Assembly (NCBI GenBank): GCA_951406725.2
Contig: OX597826.1
Coordinates: 19,902,001 to 19,966,000 of the forward strand
Length of the DNA: 64,000 nucleotides
DNA from: Octopus vulgaris
Taxonomy: Eukaryota
Reading direction: 5' to 3'
Below are positions 14,582 to 28,357 of the stretch, in pieces. The notes under the pieces are model-generated. The model was not told where the DNA came from, did no database searches, and worked only from the letters and a program-made list of their open reading frames with translations. Within the stretch, counting starts at the first letter, position 1, and every line of letters begins with the position of its first letter. Made by a program: the position numbers and the translations under genes.

Positions 14582-14792
14582 TATATATATACACATATTC
14601 ATATGAAAGATTGGAAGTTTATATTTCTGAGATACCTGTAAGTTGCCTTCCATCAAATTTACATCGATAGAATAAGTGCCAGTAATATATTACACCATAC
14701 ACTAATGAATTACATGCACTATATTGACTTTTGTTGTCGAAAATAAATTACTGTTTTATTAAAATAACAGAATCAAAAAATTTAATCCTACC

Positions 14793-14824
14793 TTAGCGTT
14801 CTTTAACTTCTTTCAGATTTTGAG
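14793..14824 (-). CDS. Candidate terminal coding exon 7 (SQNLKEVKER*)
   Basis: Strong acceptor cttctccccttttttccttag|. In phase 1 it reads S-Q-N-L-K-E-V-K-E-R-TAA. AATAAA lies at 14760-14755 and a donor-like AAG|gtagga immediately follows the stop. Confidence 0.5.
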
Positions 14825-15023
14825 CTAAGGAAAAAAGGGGAGAAGACAGACGATATTATAATGACAATGGTTGGATATTTTACTGAAAAATTTGGCATAA
14901 ATTTGTTAAATTGAAAATTTGGGGTAATAAAACATACAATGACATATTAAAAAGACGAATTAAAATTCCAGAGAAAAATACATAGAAGATAAATATACAA
15001 ATTTACAAAAATACATAAAAGTT

Positions 15024-15099
15024 CATCTAGTTTCGGAGATGCGCCAATTAATATGAAACATATCATATATTTAAGATTGACACTCCCCTCGTCAGGATG
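15024..15099 (-). ncRNA. Degenerate hammerhead-like motif
   Basis: cauc-CUGACGA-GGGGAGUGUCAAU...AUUGGCGCAUCUCC-GAAA-CUAG-aug. The cleavage triplet appears to be deleted. Confidence 0.5.
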
Positions 15100-15589
15100 T
15101 TTTTTACACACAACACATAGTACACGGAAACATATGCACAATTACATACCGGCTACATGCGAAAGACCAGACATTACGTACTCCCAAAAATTGTTATAGA
15201 TACTGAATGCTACTTAATAAGCATATAATTTAATCTAGCAGCCATAGTAAATGGTATGTGCACAGCTCCATCTGGACTAATTCACTTTTGCACTCAATTA
15301 AATTTTTAATCTTTTAATTTCTCCCATTCATGCAAAGCCACATATTCGAGTTCAAGTCCTTGATACATTTTATACTAATTGCTATTTTTCTTTTAATTGT
15401 TATATTACGATTTAATTACCATACTTTAGTTTTATTTTAATTATCACTTACTATATTTACTATATCTAATTCAATTGTTATTATTACCTCTAACTTTTAT
15501 TGCTATTTTTATTCCTAAATTTCTTATGGAACGTCGAGTGGATCTTATGCATACACTATATTTTTATATGATGTTTATATATTTATATA

Positions 15590-15987
15590 CTAGCAGTATC
15601 GCCCGGCGTTGCTTGGGTTTGTAAGGGAAATAACTATAATAATAGCATTTTTAGAGATGTAAAGTATAATAGCCATCTCAATATGGCTAACCACAAAGGG
15701 GGGTGTTACTGTAGCTTTTTACGTTCTGAGATTTAATAATACATTTTTAGAGAGTTACTTCCCTTATATATGCCAAAAATGCATTAAAAATTGGAAAAAT
15801 TGATGGTAATTTTTTTTTTAAATCGTTGACTCATCGTAGACGCGCGCTAATACTCAGAAGGGCTCGATATGAATCACGACTATAAGATACCCGGTTTTGG
15901 TTAAACTGCACCGCAAAATGTGGGAGTAGTTGGGAATTTAAATCGTAGGAGACAGACAGCACACAACCTCACTTTTATATATAAAGA
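15590..15987 (-). mobile_element. Non-autonomous Helitron-like element
   Basis: Minus strand A|TC 5' end, 3' hairpin cccaagcaacgccggg then CTAG|T. Shares its 3' end with 47604-47987. Confidence 0.75.
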
Positions 15988-16329
15988 TTACTATATATTT
16001 CTAAACGTCGGGCTTTATATCTGTTCTGTAGATATAAATGAATATATGAATATATGTATGTATTTGATCTTTCTGTGGATTTTGTAGTGCTCTTGTAGTT
16101 GCTGCTCGCATTGCCTCCAATCGGATTAAAAATTGTATACAGCTCATTTGAGCACTACTATTCCAGTCTGTTATATTTTGAGCGTTGTTGTCACTAACGA
16201 TCTCAAGATATAACTTTATATTTTGTAATATATATATATATATATATATACATCCATATACATACAATAGAGAGATGTTTTTGTTTCACTTTTAACACGT
16301 AATACTGAAATAGTGAAGATATGATATTG

Positions 16330-16473
16330 CTGGGGGCTCGCCCTAGGCAAGAACTTGAACATTTTTATTGCCCATGAAACTACATGAACTCTAAGTAAGG
16401 CATGTGTAAAATTTGAATCAAATTGGTTGTGTAGTTCTCAAGTTTTAGGGAAACACACAGATAGACAGACAGA

Positions 16474-16509
<36 letters not shown>

Positions 16510-16531
16510 TTCTCAGTTTTATATAAAGAGA
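16330..16531 (-). mobile_element. Partial Helitron-like miniature (5' part)
   Basis: Same style of 5' end (atctctttatataaaa) and internal tracts as the other two copies. Confidence 0.45.
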
Positions 16532-16559
16532 TATTAAAAGCAGTTTTATTGTGATACCG

Positions 16560-18760
16560 GTATGAATATATTTTCAGCCGGGCTACCACCCGTCGAGCTT
16601 AGAGAAACCACAACACTGACAGAAACACAATTTCATGAAAGGTTATACTATGCAGCCAATGCACAGTAGACTTTTTATTGTATATCCAATAAAGCAATGG
16701 GTATACAGAGGGTCAGTAAGCTGAAAGAGAAAATGGTTTCATACATGTACGATATACAGGATTAATTAGCCGTAAGAGCACCCAATAAAAGCAATATTTC
16801 ATCTGCCTGGCCAGCTTGTTAGAAATAATTAGTAGCTTCTCTATATGCGACCAAATCACCAATGAGGGAAGATGTCACAAAAACATAGCAAGTTAGAGTA
16901 AGGGTGAAATGGGAAAGGTTCAGTGAACTATTACATCGACAGGAGTTAAAAGTTGTCTTTGAGAAACTCCGACATCAAAAGAGAGACAAACAATAAAGAA
17001 AAAGTTTAACCGGAACCATGCAACAGTGTAGACAGGCATTAAAGCAGAAGCAGTGGACATCATAGGAGCTCCTCCTTCGCGAGAAGACTTAGACACTCTT
17101 TCTGGAGGAAAATTTGCATCGAAGGGATAGAGTTGTTCAGATGTTCTGTTTCTGGAAGAAATTCGAAAACGTTATTGTCCCTGCATTATACCCAAGACAT
17201 ACAGCATTGATGGTGATACCCTTATGCCTGTAATCTAGAAACTTCAAGATAGAAAAGCACCTGGAAGAGACTTGATTGTTGGATATTGGTACAAGCTAAC
17301 TTTCTACCGACCATATTTTATCAACTTATACTAGTAAACACTCAATGGTAATATTAGCATACCAGATTAGTTAGCTCTAGCAGACACAAACTGATTCCCA
17401 AATGCAGAACCACCCACATGACAAAAAACTACTGGCCAATTGCATGCCAGAACTTAATGTATAAAGTGTAAATAGCATGTTTAAACCTCTTCAACCAAAG
17501 CCATTGTGAAAGTAATAACATCATCACAGCAGAACAAGCAGCTGGGAAGAAGGGAGTCTTGTTAATAAACAAAACTGTAATGTCAGAGGTGCGGAAGCAT
17601 AGAAGGAACCTAGTTTCAATATGGCTAGACTGCAATAAAGCCTTTGACTTTGACCCCACTTATGGATGCTAGAAGCCTTTCAACTTGCTAAAGTTCCAGT
17701 GAACATAGTCAAAGCCACAGCTGACATGAATAATCGTGGGTCACCATCTTGAAATTAAACACGAGGAGTGATTATATTATCACTGATAGAATATTCCAAG
17801 GGGACAGCCTCTCTGGGATGTTGTTTACACTTTCTGTAAACCCCCTGTCATGAGGCTGATAACATACATAGATTGATAACTTCATAAGACTTGGAAAGTA
17901 GTTTCTTGAGCAGCATTTGCTGTCTGACAACCTTAAATACATATCCAAAGACGTCACACGACTCTACCGCAATTTATCATCAGATGAAAAGATGAGCGTG
18001 TATCAGCAGAAGATCAGGCATGGATATGTTAATAGAACGCTCCGAGATGATAGTAACATTAATCATCAAAGCAGTTTATCATAGATGAATAACCAGGAAC
18101 AGGAAATATGATTCAGGAAAAGATGCAAAATGAAACAACCGATGCAGGCTTTGTGGAGTTAACACTGAAGATATCATCCACATCGTAAGCAGTTGTCCAA
18201 AAGTGTCATAAGACATGATGTTGTATATACAGCATGTTTAAACCTCTTCTTCATGTCATGAAACATGATGTTGTAGCTAGGACACTATATAATGAGATCT
18301 GTCGGAAGGATAAACGCGAAACCAAAGGAATAAGACCCCGCAGTATGGTGAAAGCCATAGCTACTCATAATAAAAATGAGTACTGGTGGAATGTCCCAGT
18401 GAAAACATCAATAAAATGTAAACATAATAGACCTGACGTAATGGGACAGAGAAGAGAAACTGTGTACCGTTGTGGAAATCAGCTACCCAACGGATGTTAA
18501 CGTAAAGCTAAAGATCAGTGAAAAAGAAAATACACTGAACTATTGGAAAAATTGCAGTTACTCTATCGAGATTAAAGGTTCAATTAGATACCTGTAATTA
18601 TTAGGGCACTGAGATATGCAACACACTGCCTAAATATCAATCTTGAGAAATTAGGCTTCTCAAAACCAGAAAGGAGAAAGCTGATGCGAAAACTATAGAT
18701 TCAATCCATTACTGGAACTATAAAAATCTGTAAAACTTTCTGGAAGTTTATCATTTAAGT
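16560..18760 (+). mobile_element. Decayed RLE-type LINE followed by (TACA)n
   Basis: KAPGRD, WLDCNKAFD, IFQGDSLS, KHDVVAR..KCKHNRPD and PVIIRAL motifs, with many stops. Confidence 0.8.
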
Positions 18761-19379
18761 ATATATGATCATGTACAGATATGCAGGTATATGCATGAAA
18801 ATGACTACATAAAACGAAACAAATCTGTACATATACACACATACATACATACATGTACTTGAAATTCCAATGAAAGAGCCTTGGATCTAGGTTAGAAATC
18901 AGCTGTTTCTCTATTGGCAAGACATCTTGAAATAAAACTGAATAATCACGTACATACATACATACATACATTACATACATACATAACATACATACATAAC
19001 ATACATACATTACATACAAACATACATACACATTTCATTTGCTAAATGCAGGATTCAGTGAATTTGGTAATTTTACATTGATGAGTCTATAAACGTACAG
19101 TATATGTTTTAACTTTTCTAACAAAATAAGACATGCATTCTTAATTCACTTATGTTGATAGGGATGTAAAACCAATATAGCTTATCGAATTTGTCCGAGC
19201 ATGACAATAATTCAAAATACGATTCAACTTCATCTCTCAACCAGTCATCCTTGTGAAATTTAATTTTCATCTATTTTCAAGGGTAATTAACACAGAAACA
19301 CGCACTCACATACACAGACACTCCCTAAACTAATATACATGCGAACAATTTTGTTTCTCAGCATATTTGTATCTTTTCG

Positions 19380-19750
19380 TATCTTTTTACTTGTTTCAGT
19401 CATTAGACTGCAGCCATGCTGGGGCACCGCCTTGAAGAATTTTTAGTCGAATGTATTAACACCAGTACTTATGTTTTAAAGCCTGGTACTTATTTTATTG
19501 GCATCTTTTGCCGAACCGCTAAGTTACAGGACGTAAACATACCAGCACCGGTTGTCAAGCGGTGATAGTGGGACAAACACAGACACAAAGACACGCGCGC
19601 CACGCACATGCACACACAAATACACTCATATAGTTTGTGTCTACCAAATCGACTCACAAGACTTTGGTTGGCCTGGGGCTATAGAAGAAGACATGTGCCT
19701 AAAGTGCCATGCAGTGGGACTGAACCCGAAACCACACTGCCACGCCTGCG
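19380..19750 (-). mobile_element. tRNA-SINE family 2, decayed
   Basis: Reverse-complement similarity to 25568-26106. Confidence 0.8.
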
Positions 19751-19786
19751 TATAAAAATGAATTAATAAAATATTCATAATCATAC

Positions 19787-19825
<39 letters not shown>

Positions 19826-19934
19826 CGTAAAATTCTTTTCCCTATAGCATGGCGAAGGGAAACTAAAATAAATGACCCGAAGTATTTTGTTGCTTACAAA
19901 GAAATATAAAATTGTTTCTAAAACAAATACTCAC

Positions 19935-20165
19935 ATCCGTTTATTTCGTAGAAGTTCCAGTAATGTCTACTTGGTTTTAAAGTAAAATCAAAATGTGTTA
20001 CATTGGCTATATCACATTTTCTGTTTGAATGCTTGTATTCAACTGCCTCACAAGCCTTTGTTTCCACACAGCGATCCAAACACTCTTTCAGTGAACCACG
20101 TGTAGTTGGGTAATAGTCGTAACCGTTGATGCTAGCTCCTAGTATGATGTTCATAGTACCACGTT
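19935..20165 (-). CDS. PAN/Apple gene exon 6, PAN domain B2
   Basis: Acceptor cctcaactgcag|, donor GGAT|gtgagt, 231 nt, phase 1-1. CLDRC-x5-C-EAVEY-x6-C-DI and WNFYE. Confidence 0.85.
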
Positions 20166-20421
20166 CTGCAGTTGAGGAAAACATTAATGAAAAAATTTGC
20201 ATCGTTGATGGCTAAAATAAACCAAAATATTACTATCGAAGACAAAGCTACTCACACACCAAAGATTCTATCAGCAATTAAAGGAACAATTAATTTACAT
20301 TCATTTACCAGTTTAGACAATCATAAATCATTTTATGAATAACAATTTCATTACATTTGTTCTTAACTGAAGAAACTCTTATCAAATCAGGCGGTTAAGA
20401 AATAAAGTTTGATAGATAGAC

Positions 20422-20664
20422 CTTGCTGAAGCTGGTAAAAATCTCGGTTTCGGGTAGGACGCACAATTTTCACTTTGGAGGCGTCGTCAGATAAAAGTAT
20501 GCAGGTCAGACCATTTTTGGTATCATGTTCAAACGCGATACAATTCTTAGTTAACAAGCAAGTTGTGGCACATGTTTCTACATCACATTCTTTTATGTAT
20601 TTGAATCTGTTGCCATCTCTAAGATAAGCATCTGGTACTCTCAAGAACATCCGTATGCTGGGCA
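20422..20664 (-). CDS. PAN/Apple gene exon 5, PAN domain A2
   Basis: Acceptor ttttcttttcacag|, donor CAAG|gtctat (weak), 243 nt, phase 1-1. CATTC-x5-C-IAFEH..LTC-ILLSDDAS and RDFYQ. Confidence 0.82.
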
Positions 20665-21059
20665 CTGTGAAAAGAAAACACCACAAATTTACTATTACTC
20701 GCTTCAGGAAATATAAATATAAAACTAATTTGAATGCATACATATTTCTATCTCTAAGTAGAGGTAAAAAAAACTGATACTAGTTACTTAATGAAGCATT
20801 AGATTAATACAAGAGAATAAAGGTAATTTTAATGTGTGTTTCTCAAGAAAAGTGAAATCGTTGAAACGAGAATCGAAACTGGGTAAGGATTTAACTTATT
20901 GCGAGTTTACTCATTGCACCCTCTCTCTATACTTTATATATAAATTTTACAAAGTTTTCACGATGTACCATCCAGTTTTAAGGAGTTGGTACTGTAAGTA
21001 TATGGACATAGTACCGTTTTCTCGATTAAAATGTGAGTTCGTATATGGTCGGTGTGCTA

Positions 21060-22880
21060 CTGATAAAATATTGCGTTTCAGTTATTTAAGTTAGAGGGAA
21101 AAACTTGACTTAACGGAAGATCAAGTCAAGAAGAAATTTATGCTCTCCAAAGTAGATTCTACTCTTGACACAATAAGGGCAGCCGTGGCAAAAGCTCCAG
21201 TAGAATCTGCTCTAAGATAACCATGGACTTCGTACAAGATATACAAAGAAAAACTGTCTCGGACGATCTGAAAGGAGAAACAGGAAACCTGTCTCCGGGA
21301 AGTTTCTTTTTTCTGGAAGAACAAACTCAACAGGATTCCACAAGATTCACCAGTTCTCCCAATTAAATGACGAAAGGTAAACTTCTGGTCTGTCATTGCC
21401 AAATGATCAACACCATATCTGTTCGCCAATGAGCATGTTGACAAAAGTTTATAAATGCGAGGTTCCAAGATACGTTGAATGTCTTGAGCATATATCAGCA
21501 ATCACCCAGACCATCAGAGAAGCAAAAAAGAGCTACAGCATACTCTCAGTAGTATGATTAGATCTGACTAAAGCCTACCCAAGTATGATCCACCAATTAA
21601 TTCAGAGACCATTGAAGTAGGCAAGCTGGTGCCTTGGAAAGAGTTACAACAGCAACGTCAAAGACACCATGACTCAACTAAACAATTGACTTAGAGCAGC
21701 CGATGATAACCAGCTACTCCGACGTTTTAAGGAATAGTTTTTCCAGTAAGGCATCATACTCAGACTGCAAGGCTTATTCCTGCTACATCGTCATACAAAG
21801 GGAAACAATGGAAATATTGTACAATGAATTTGTGCAGAGTTGGCTAAGTTCCATTACGGTCTGCTTGTATGACAAAACCTCAACTGATAGAGGAATAATT
21901 CAAGCCACACGTAACGTAAGAGGAATTAGTTCATTTCCACAGTCTGAGGATGAGAAAGTCAGATACGTCAATAGATCATAAAGAGTGGAAGTGAGAGCCC
22001 CTGGAAGTTGTGAAGGAAGTTGAAACATATGGAAGCAGCAAGAGATTTGGGTAGGCAGTCAAGAAGTGTAGGACTTAGCAAATGCAGCATCAAGAGGTGG
22101 AGCAGTGGAAATAGCTGATACAATTGAAGGCCCATAGTACAGTGTGTCTTGAGGCATCAGAATAAGATCGTCATGAGAAAAAATTAGGGATTGTCTGTTA
22201 GGGGCAGGGAATGCAAGGAGACCAAGCACTCAAGCGACTGTTTCGGAGAAAATACTGAAGAACACTCAGCAGGAAAAGTTGTCCTTGCTGCTGTGCGCTG
22301 TAGCCGACGTCTTGAAAGCCTCAAATAACGTTAAAATCCGGAATAATGCGGACACATTCTGAAAGCTGTGTGAGAAAACTCTTTACACTATGAACCACAT
22401 TTTGAGTGAATGTCCAAGATCACTGGCTGATACAAGTGAAGGAACAATAATGTATTTCCAGAAGTTGCCAAGAGGATAGACCAGAGAGCAACAGGGATTA
22501 ACAAAAAAAAGAATCAGCTTCCAAAGAGAACACGATACGTCTTCTTAATCAAAGTAGCTGTGGGTGACCCATTTTCTATTTTGTATCAAACCTCTGACTG
22601 AAGATCTGAAAGGAAAACTCATCCTTTCTGAAACAGAAAAACAGACAATAACATCGTCCCAACCATATATGTTCTTTCTATTTAGTACAAAAACGATCAT
22701 CGTGGTCAAACTCAATATTTTAAGAGGACAAGCTGGATATTTCACACTAACTGAAGAAAGCCATATACCCGGATTTGATTAAGGAGTCAAAAGATGGCGT
22801 GGAGTTTAATCCCTATTGATATCGACTGCTGTAGTTGACAAGAGACCGCAGATGAAGCCCTTCCGCGGATGAAAGTTGAT
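21060..22880 (+). mobile_element. Highly decayed RLE non-LTR retrotransposon in intron 4
   Basis: Remnants LDLTKAY, ADD, C..C...T.NHILSEC and PID(I)DC. Clade uncertain (Hero/NeSL-like). Confidence 0.5.
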
Positions 22881-23451
22881 TCAGTACACGCTGCTCACTA
22901 AGGTGAGGGTTAGGGGCATAACTAAGGGATATAGCGCTTGTGATCCAGAGATGCCTGTTAAAGATGAGGTCTTTCCAACACTGCGATTGCTTTTGTCACA
23001 ATCAAGAGAATGATCGTGCGACATCATTAAGTAGCTCCCGCGGTCTCTGCTTAGGGCAAGGTTCAGTCTGGTTTGCATTTGCATTTGATAATTGATGAAT
23101 AACTGAATATTACATTTTAATATCATTTTAAAGGAGTGCAATTAATAACAGAAGCTTTAAACTCTCAAAACTTGCCTTACACGCAATATCTCCTTTCAGG
23201 TCAAAAACACAAGTCTTAGTAATATAGCTGATCGATTAAAACGACCAAACCACTTTCCGACAAATTTGTGAAATTATAGCTATGTAAAAACATCAATATT
23301 TTACAGAAAAGCAGTGAAGCTTGCACTCAATCTAAAAATTAAAAGCACTGACATTTATTTTTGTCAACTTACTCCATTTTAGGCACATAAAATATTGTTA
23401 ATAAATATGCAACCCACTTCAAGGTTTATTATTTTTGAGTGTAATACTCAC

Positions 23452-23685
23452 CATCATTCAAACTGTAATAATCCCATCTATGAATACTGGCCGTGAGACT
23501 TTTGTCTTTATGATTTAAATCGGTCAAATCACATCGTCTTTGTTCAACTTTGTATTCAAACATTTTGCAGTTTTTCAATTGTTTGCAGTGTGCAGCACAT
23601 CTATCGGCACTTATATCATCAAGTTTATCGAGATGGTCATATTTGTCGATAGTGGCTCCTTTTACAACAACCATTTTACCTTTAT
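23452..23685 (-). CDS. PAN/Apple gene exon 4, PAN domain B1
   Basis: Acceptor atcttctag|, donor GATG|gtgagt, 234 nt, phase 1-1. CAAHC-x5-C-KMFEY-x6-C-DL and WDYY. Confidence 0.85.
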
Positions 23686-23826
23686 CTAGAAGATATTAAA
23701 GTAAATTTTATTACATACAATACTGAAACTTTAAAAGAATTTCGAAACGATTCATCGTTTTCATTTTCATATGTTCCTTGAAAGAAATATTTCCACATCT
23801 TTGTCTGCTTTTATGTATTAACTTCA

Positions 23827-23881
<55 letters not shown>

Positions 23882-23999
23882 AAGAGAATACACTTGTATG
23901 AATATATCAGGATGAGTAAAAAGTAAGCAACGTTTTGAAACATGAAATTCATCACAATATATTTCAACAATGTGTTCATCAAAGTAAGTACCATTACAA

Positions 24000-25110
24000 T
24001 CAATGTGTTCATCAAAGTAAGTACCATTACAATCAATGAGTTACAAGTTTGTTTATTCCGGTGATATATCAATCTGGAATTCTGGAGCTGATGAACTCCT
24101 TGAACGCACTTTCAACAATGGTTTGATTTTTGAACTTCTCTCGCAGGGAACCATCAAAGTAATTGAAAAAGTAGTCGTCTAGGGAATAAGCTGGATGGGG
24201 GAAGAACTTCATAGCCAAGTTCCCTCAACCTCTGGAGCATCATTAGTGAAACGTGTAGTCAAGCATTGCCATGAAGAACGATTGGCTCTCTTCTGCTGAC
24301 CAGTCTGGAACGCAGGGGTAGCAGTTTTTCGTTCATTTTGGTAATTTCATGGCAATATGTTTCTGCAGTAATGTTTTTTCTGGTTTTAAGAAGTTATAGT
24401 GGATGAGTCCAGCAGTACACCACCCAACAGTCACCATAACCTTTGAAGAACTTGATTTAGGGAAGGTTTCCGGTGCTTCATTTTTGTCTAAAATTATTAG
24501 TGTACAGAATCCACTTTCATCGCAAGTTACAATACGGTCGAAAGAAGGAGCGGTCCGGTTACAGAGAAGCGACAAACAAATTTCATATCTGCGCATTTTC
24601 TGATTTTCATTCAAATCGTGTGGTACTCATTTGGCGAACTTCTTTGATTTTCCGATCGCATGCAAATGATCGCAGGCAATTTCTGGCTAACTTGAAGTTC
24701 TTTTGCCAGTTCTCGAGTAGTTTTACGTGGATCTTTCTCGACGGTCTATAATTGACCGTCATCGATGACAAAAAAGGCGTCCACTACGCTCATGATCTTG
24801 AAGGCTCAGGTTTCCACCGCAAAAGCGTTTAAAACATTTTCGAGCTGGCCGCTCACTGGTCATTTCCTTACCAGACGTTTCGTTGATATCGCGAGCAGTT
24901 TCAGCTGCTTTACGTCCTTTATTGAAGTTGAATAGCGAAATTGCTCGAATATCGCGCTGTGACACTTCCATTTCAGATGAATGTAACAACGGTGAAAAAT
25001 ATATCAATGTTAATTTATTGATGCATTTGGGCAAGTCTATGTCTGTATTATCAGACAACTGCAAAAAAATGTTTAGAAAAAATCCAAAGCTCTGCAAAAA
25101 TCCGGTACAA
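24000..25110 (-). mobile_element. mariner transposase pseudogene
   Basis: DIRAISLFNFNKGRKAAETARDI, FDRIVTCDES, KVMVTVGWCTAGLIHY. Confidence 0.88.
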
Positions 25111-25567
25111 ATTCTTCATGGTTCAAAACATTGCTTACTTTTTACTCAACCTGATATATTTATTGTTTTATATATTTATGTTTTATATAAGTTTTATTCA
25201 TACGTATATCAGTGTAATGGTTAAAAAGAAATTATGTCTACTTCTGCGCAGAATGCCGAATGTTAGAATCGGTAGATTACTATTTCAAAATAAATTGTAA
25301 CTATATTTTTCGTGATTACATTATTGTAGTTCAATAATTTTGTTGGTTTTTATTTCTTTTTAATCTTAATAATAGGAAATAACTTTCAGTCGATTGTGAT
25401 TAGTTTTTAGCTAGTTTCTGTTTTATTGTCTGAAATACAATCTAATTCGCCAGTTTACTGTACTGGACAATAGATATCGGATAAACTTCCGGAAGGAATT
25501 GTATTTGCTATTTGGTTGTATGATGTTGTTAACTTATCTTACTTTCCGTCATTATACAGATCTTATA

Positions 25568-26106
<539 letters not shown>

Positions 26107-26473
26107 TATATCTCGTACTCTAACTCAGTCATGGCTATTTATTGTCTTTGTTAAAATACCATGTTATACAGATTAGCTTTCAGAATAAGGATACTTTGAG
26201 TAACTCCAAACATTCCTCTCTTGAGCTATATTGAATACGGAAGTGCTTTTGGTATCATTGGAAAAAAGCAATTTCTTTTTTTAAAAGTATTCGATTTCAC
26301 ATAGCGCCAATTTTTCTGGAGAATGAATAATGTCGCAAGTTTCGTAGCGGACACTTTAATTCAGAAGATAATAGTCTAAATTTCGACCTTATGTAAACTT
26401 TTCTCTTTAATAAACAGTTAAATTCATTTTATGTCGGAATATTACGAAATAATATAATTTTAAAAAATCATAC

Positions 26474-26737
26474 TTGGTATAATTTGAAAGTAATCATATT
26501 TCGTTCTTCGAACAACTTTAATTCCGTCTTCAGATGCATCATGTTTTGACAAAAAGCAGGTCAATGCAAATTTATGATAAACAAATGATTTACAGCCTGT
26601 AGTAGTTGCGCATTTTTGTGCACACATTTCAACTGGAACTGCCTTGATTATCTTCAGAAGAGGTCTGACAGTTAAAGAAGCGTTGAATACTTTAATGTAA
26701 GTGACATGGTCAGCTTCGAATAGAGAGGAATCCTTTC
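26474..26737 (-). CDS. PAN/Apple gene exon 3, PAN domain A1
   Basis: Acceptor ttttcttcccag|, donor CCAA|gtatga, 264 nt, phase 1-1. Motif CAQKC-x5-C-KSFVY-x6-C-FLS and terminal YDYFQ fit the PAN/Apple C-x3-C-x5-C..C pattern. Confidence 0.85.
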
Positions 26738-27484
26738 CTGGGAAGAAAACAAATGGAAAGAACAATTATGCATTGCCTAAAGACATATCAACTGTATCTC
26801 TATGAACTGCAACAGCAACATTTATTATACGGGTTTGAAAGGTGTGGGTGCAGGATCGATACTATTCTTACATCTGGAAAACTATAGGATAAGAAGTCGA
26901 AGTTCACAATTTTCTGCACTTTTAGGAAACAGGGCTTCTTGGTCAAGCTTTATAGAAGACATGCGTGTTGGGAGGAGAGTTTCGAGCATTAATAGATGAA
27001 GTGGGGCTTTCAGACATTCATTATCAAAGAGTTGGAATCTTTTGTCTGTAGTTGGGATTTGATATTTTAATTGTTGTGAGGTAACACAGGATGCCCTAAA
27101 GCCACCACACCAGTTATCTCCTTATTTATGATACTAGAGCCTATTTCACTGTCACAAGGTATATTAAAGTGCACCCAAGTTACTCTTCCTCACCACTAGA
27201 TCAATTTATAATTTTGCATGCCTAAATATCAGCTCAGCTGTAGAAGGAATAACGAGAGATAGCTAAGAATTTTTTAAATTTTGAATGATTGGTTAGTTTC
27301 TTCATATATGGTTGTTTTAAAACCGCTCTTATCATCCGCTATATTTTATTATATAAGAAATATAGAAAGTTCTATTCAAAATTTGAGAATCTAAAGAGGC
27401 GGGTATACTTTTAATATGCATGAATACTAAAAACATATGTTTTTATTTTTTATTTCCATTTTCAACTGCACTATTTTTAAACTA

Positions 27485-28357
27485 CGAGGTGGTATCAAAA
27501 GGTTCCCGGACTAGTTATGTTTCATAAAAAATAGTTTATTCATCTCCTTCGAAATAGTCACCTTGCGCAGCAATACACTGGTCCCAGTGTTTGCGCTACT
27601 TTTGGAATCCGGCTTTGTTTTCTTCCGTAAGCGAGTCGAGGACCTTCTGATCTCGACAACGGTGTTAAAACGGTGACCCCTGAGCTGCATTTTCATTTTG
27701 AGGTAGAAATAGAAGTCCGCAGGTACTAAATCTGGCAAACAGGGCAGATGCAGAAGTGATACCATGTTGTTTTTGGCAAGAAACTCGTGAGTGAAGAGAG
27801 CTCAGTGACAGGGTGCATTGACATCATGAAGAATGCAATTGTTTGCGCATATCCGGTCACTTTCGCCAAATGTACTTCTTAAAATGTTTCAAAACATCGT
27901 TGATTGTCTTCCGATGATCCTCATGCACAAGTTGATGGATTTTATCCACGTATCTTGGGTTGACGCCCGTGGCAGGTCATCCAGATCGCTAATTGTCTTC
28001 CAGGAACGTTCTCCCGCTTTTGAAGCGCCCGTGTTACTCGAAACATTGCGTACGACCCATTGCCATGTTGTAGTAGGCTTGCCGAAACATACTCAATATC
28101 TCTGTGGCAGATTTCCTAAGTTTAAGGCAAAATTTTACGTTGGCTCTTTGTTCCAACTTCTTGACAAAAATCACAAACAACAGCATACACGTGATCAAAA
28201 AAGCACGAATTTCACAACTTACGAAGTAAACACTGCAATGTCACTCGGCACACTGTCTCATGAAGGTCATTGCTAGCTCTCACTGTGCCCACAACCATGT
28301 GCTGCCATCTGTTGGTGTGCTACAGAACTAGTCCCAGAACTTTTTGATACTACCTCG
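27485..28357 (-). mobile_element. Internally deleted mariner with both TIRs and TA TSD
   Basis: TA|cgaggtggtatcaaaaggttcccggactagtt ... aactagtcccagaactttttgatactacctcg|TA. Peptide HLPCLPDLVPADF. Confidence 0.9.

Noticed and set aside
19260-19270. Candidate terminal exon YEN*
   Set aside because: The acceptor (ccttgaaaatag) lacks a pyrimidine tract, and the 14824 acceptor is much stronger. Not formally excluded.
23967-24037. 33-34 bp direct tandem duplication
   Set aside because: A local duplication at the end of a decayed mariner, with no further structure.
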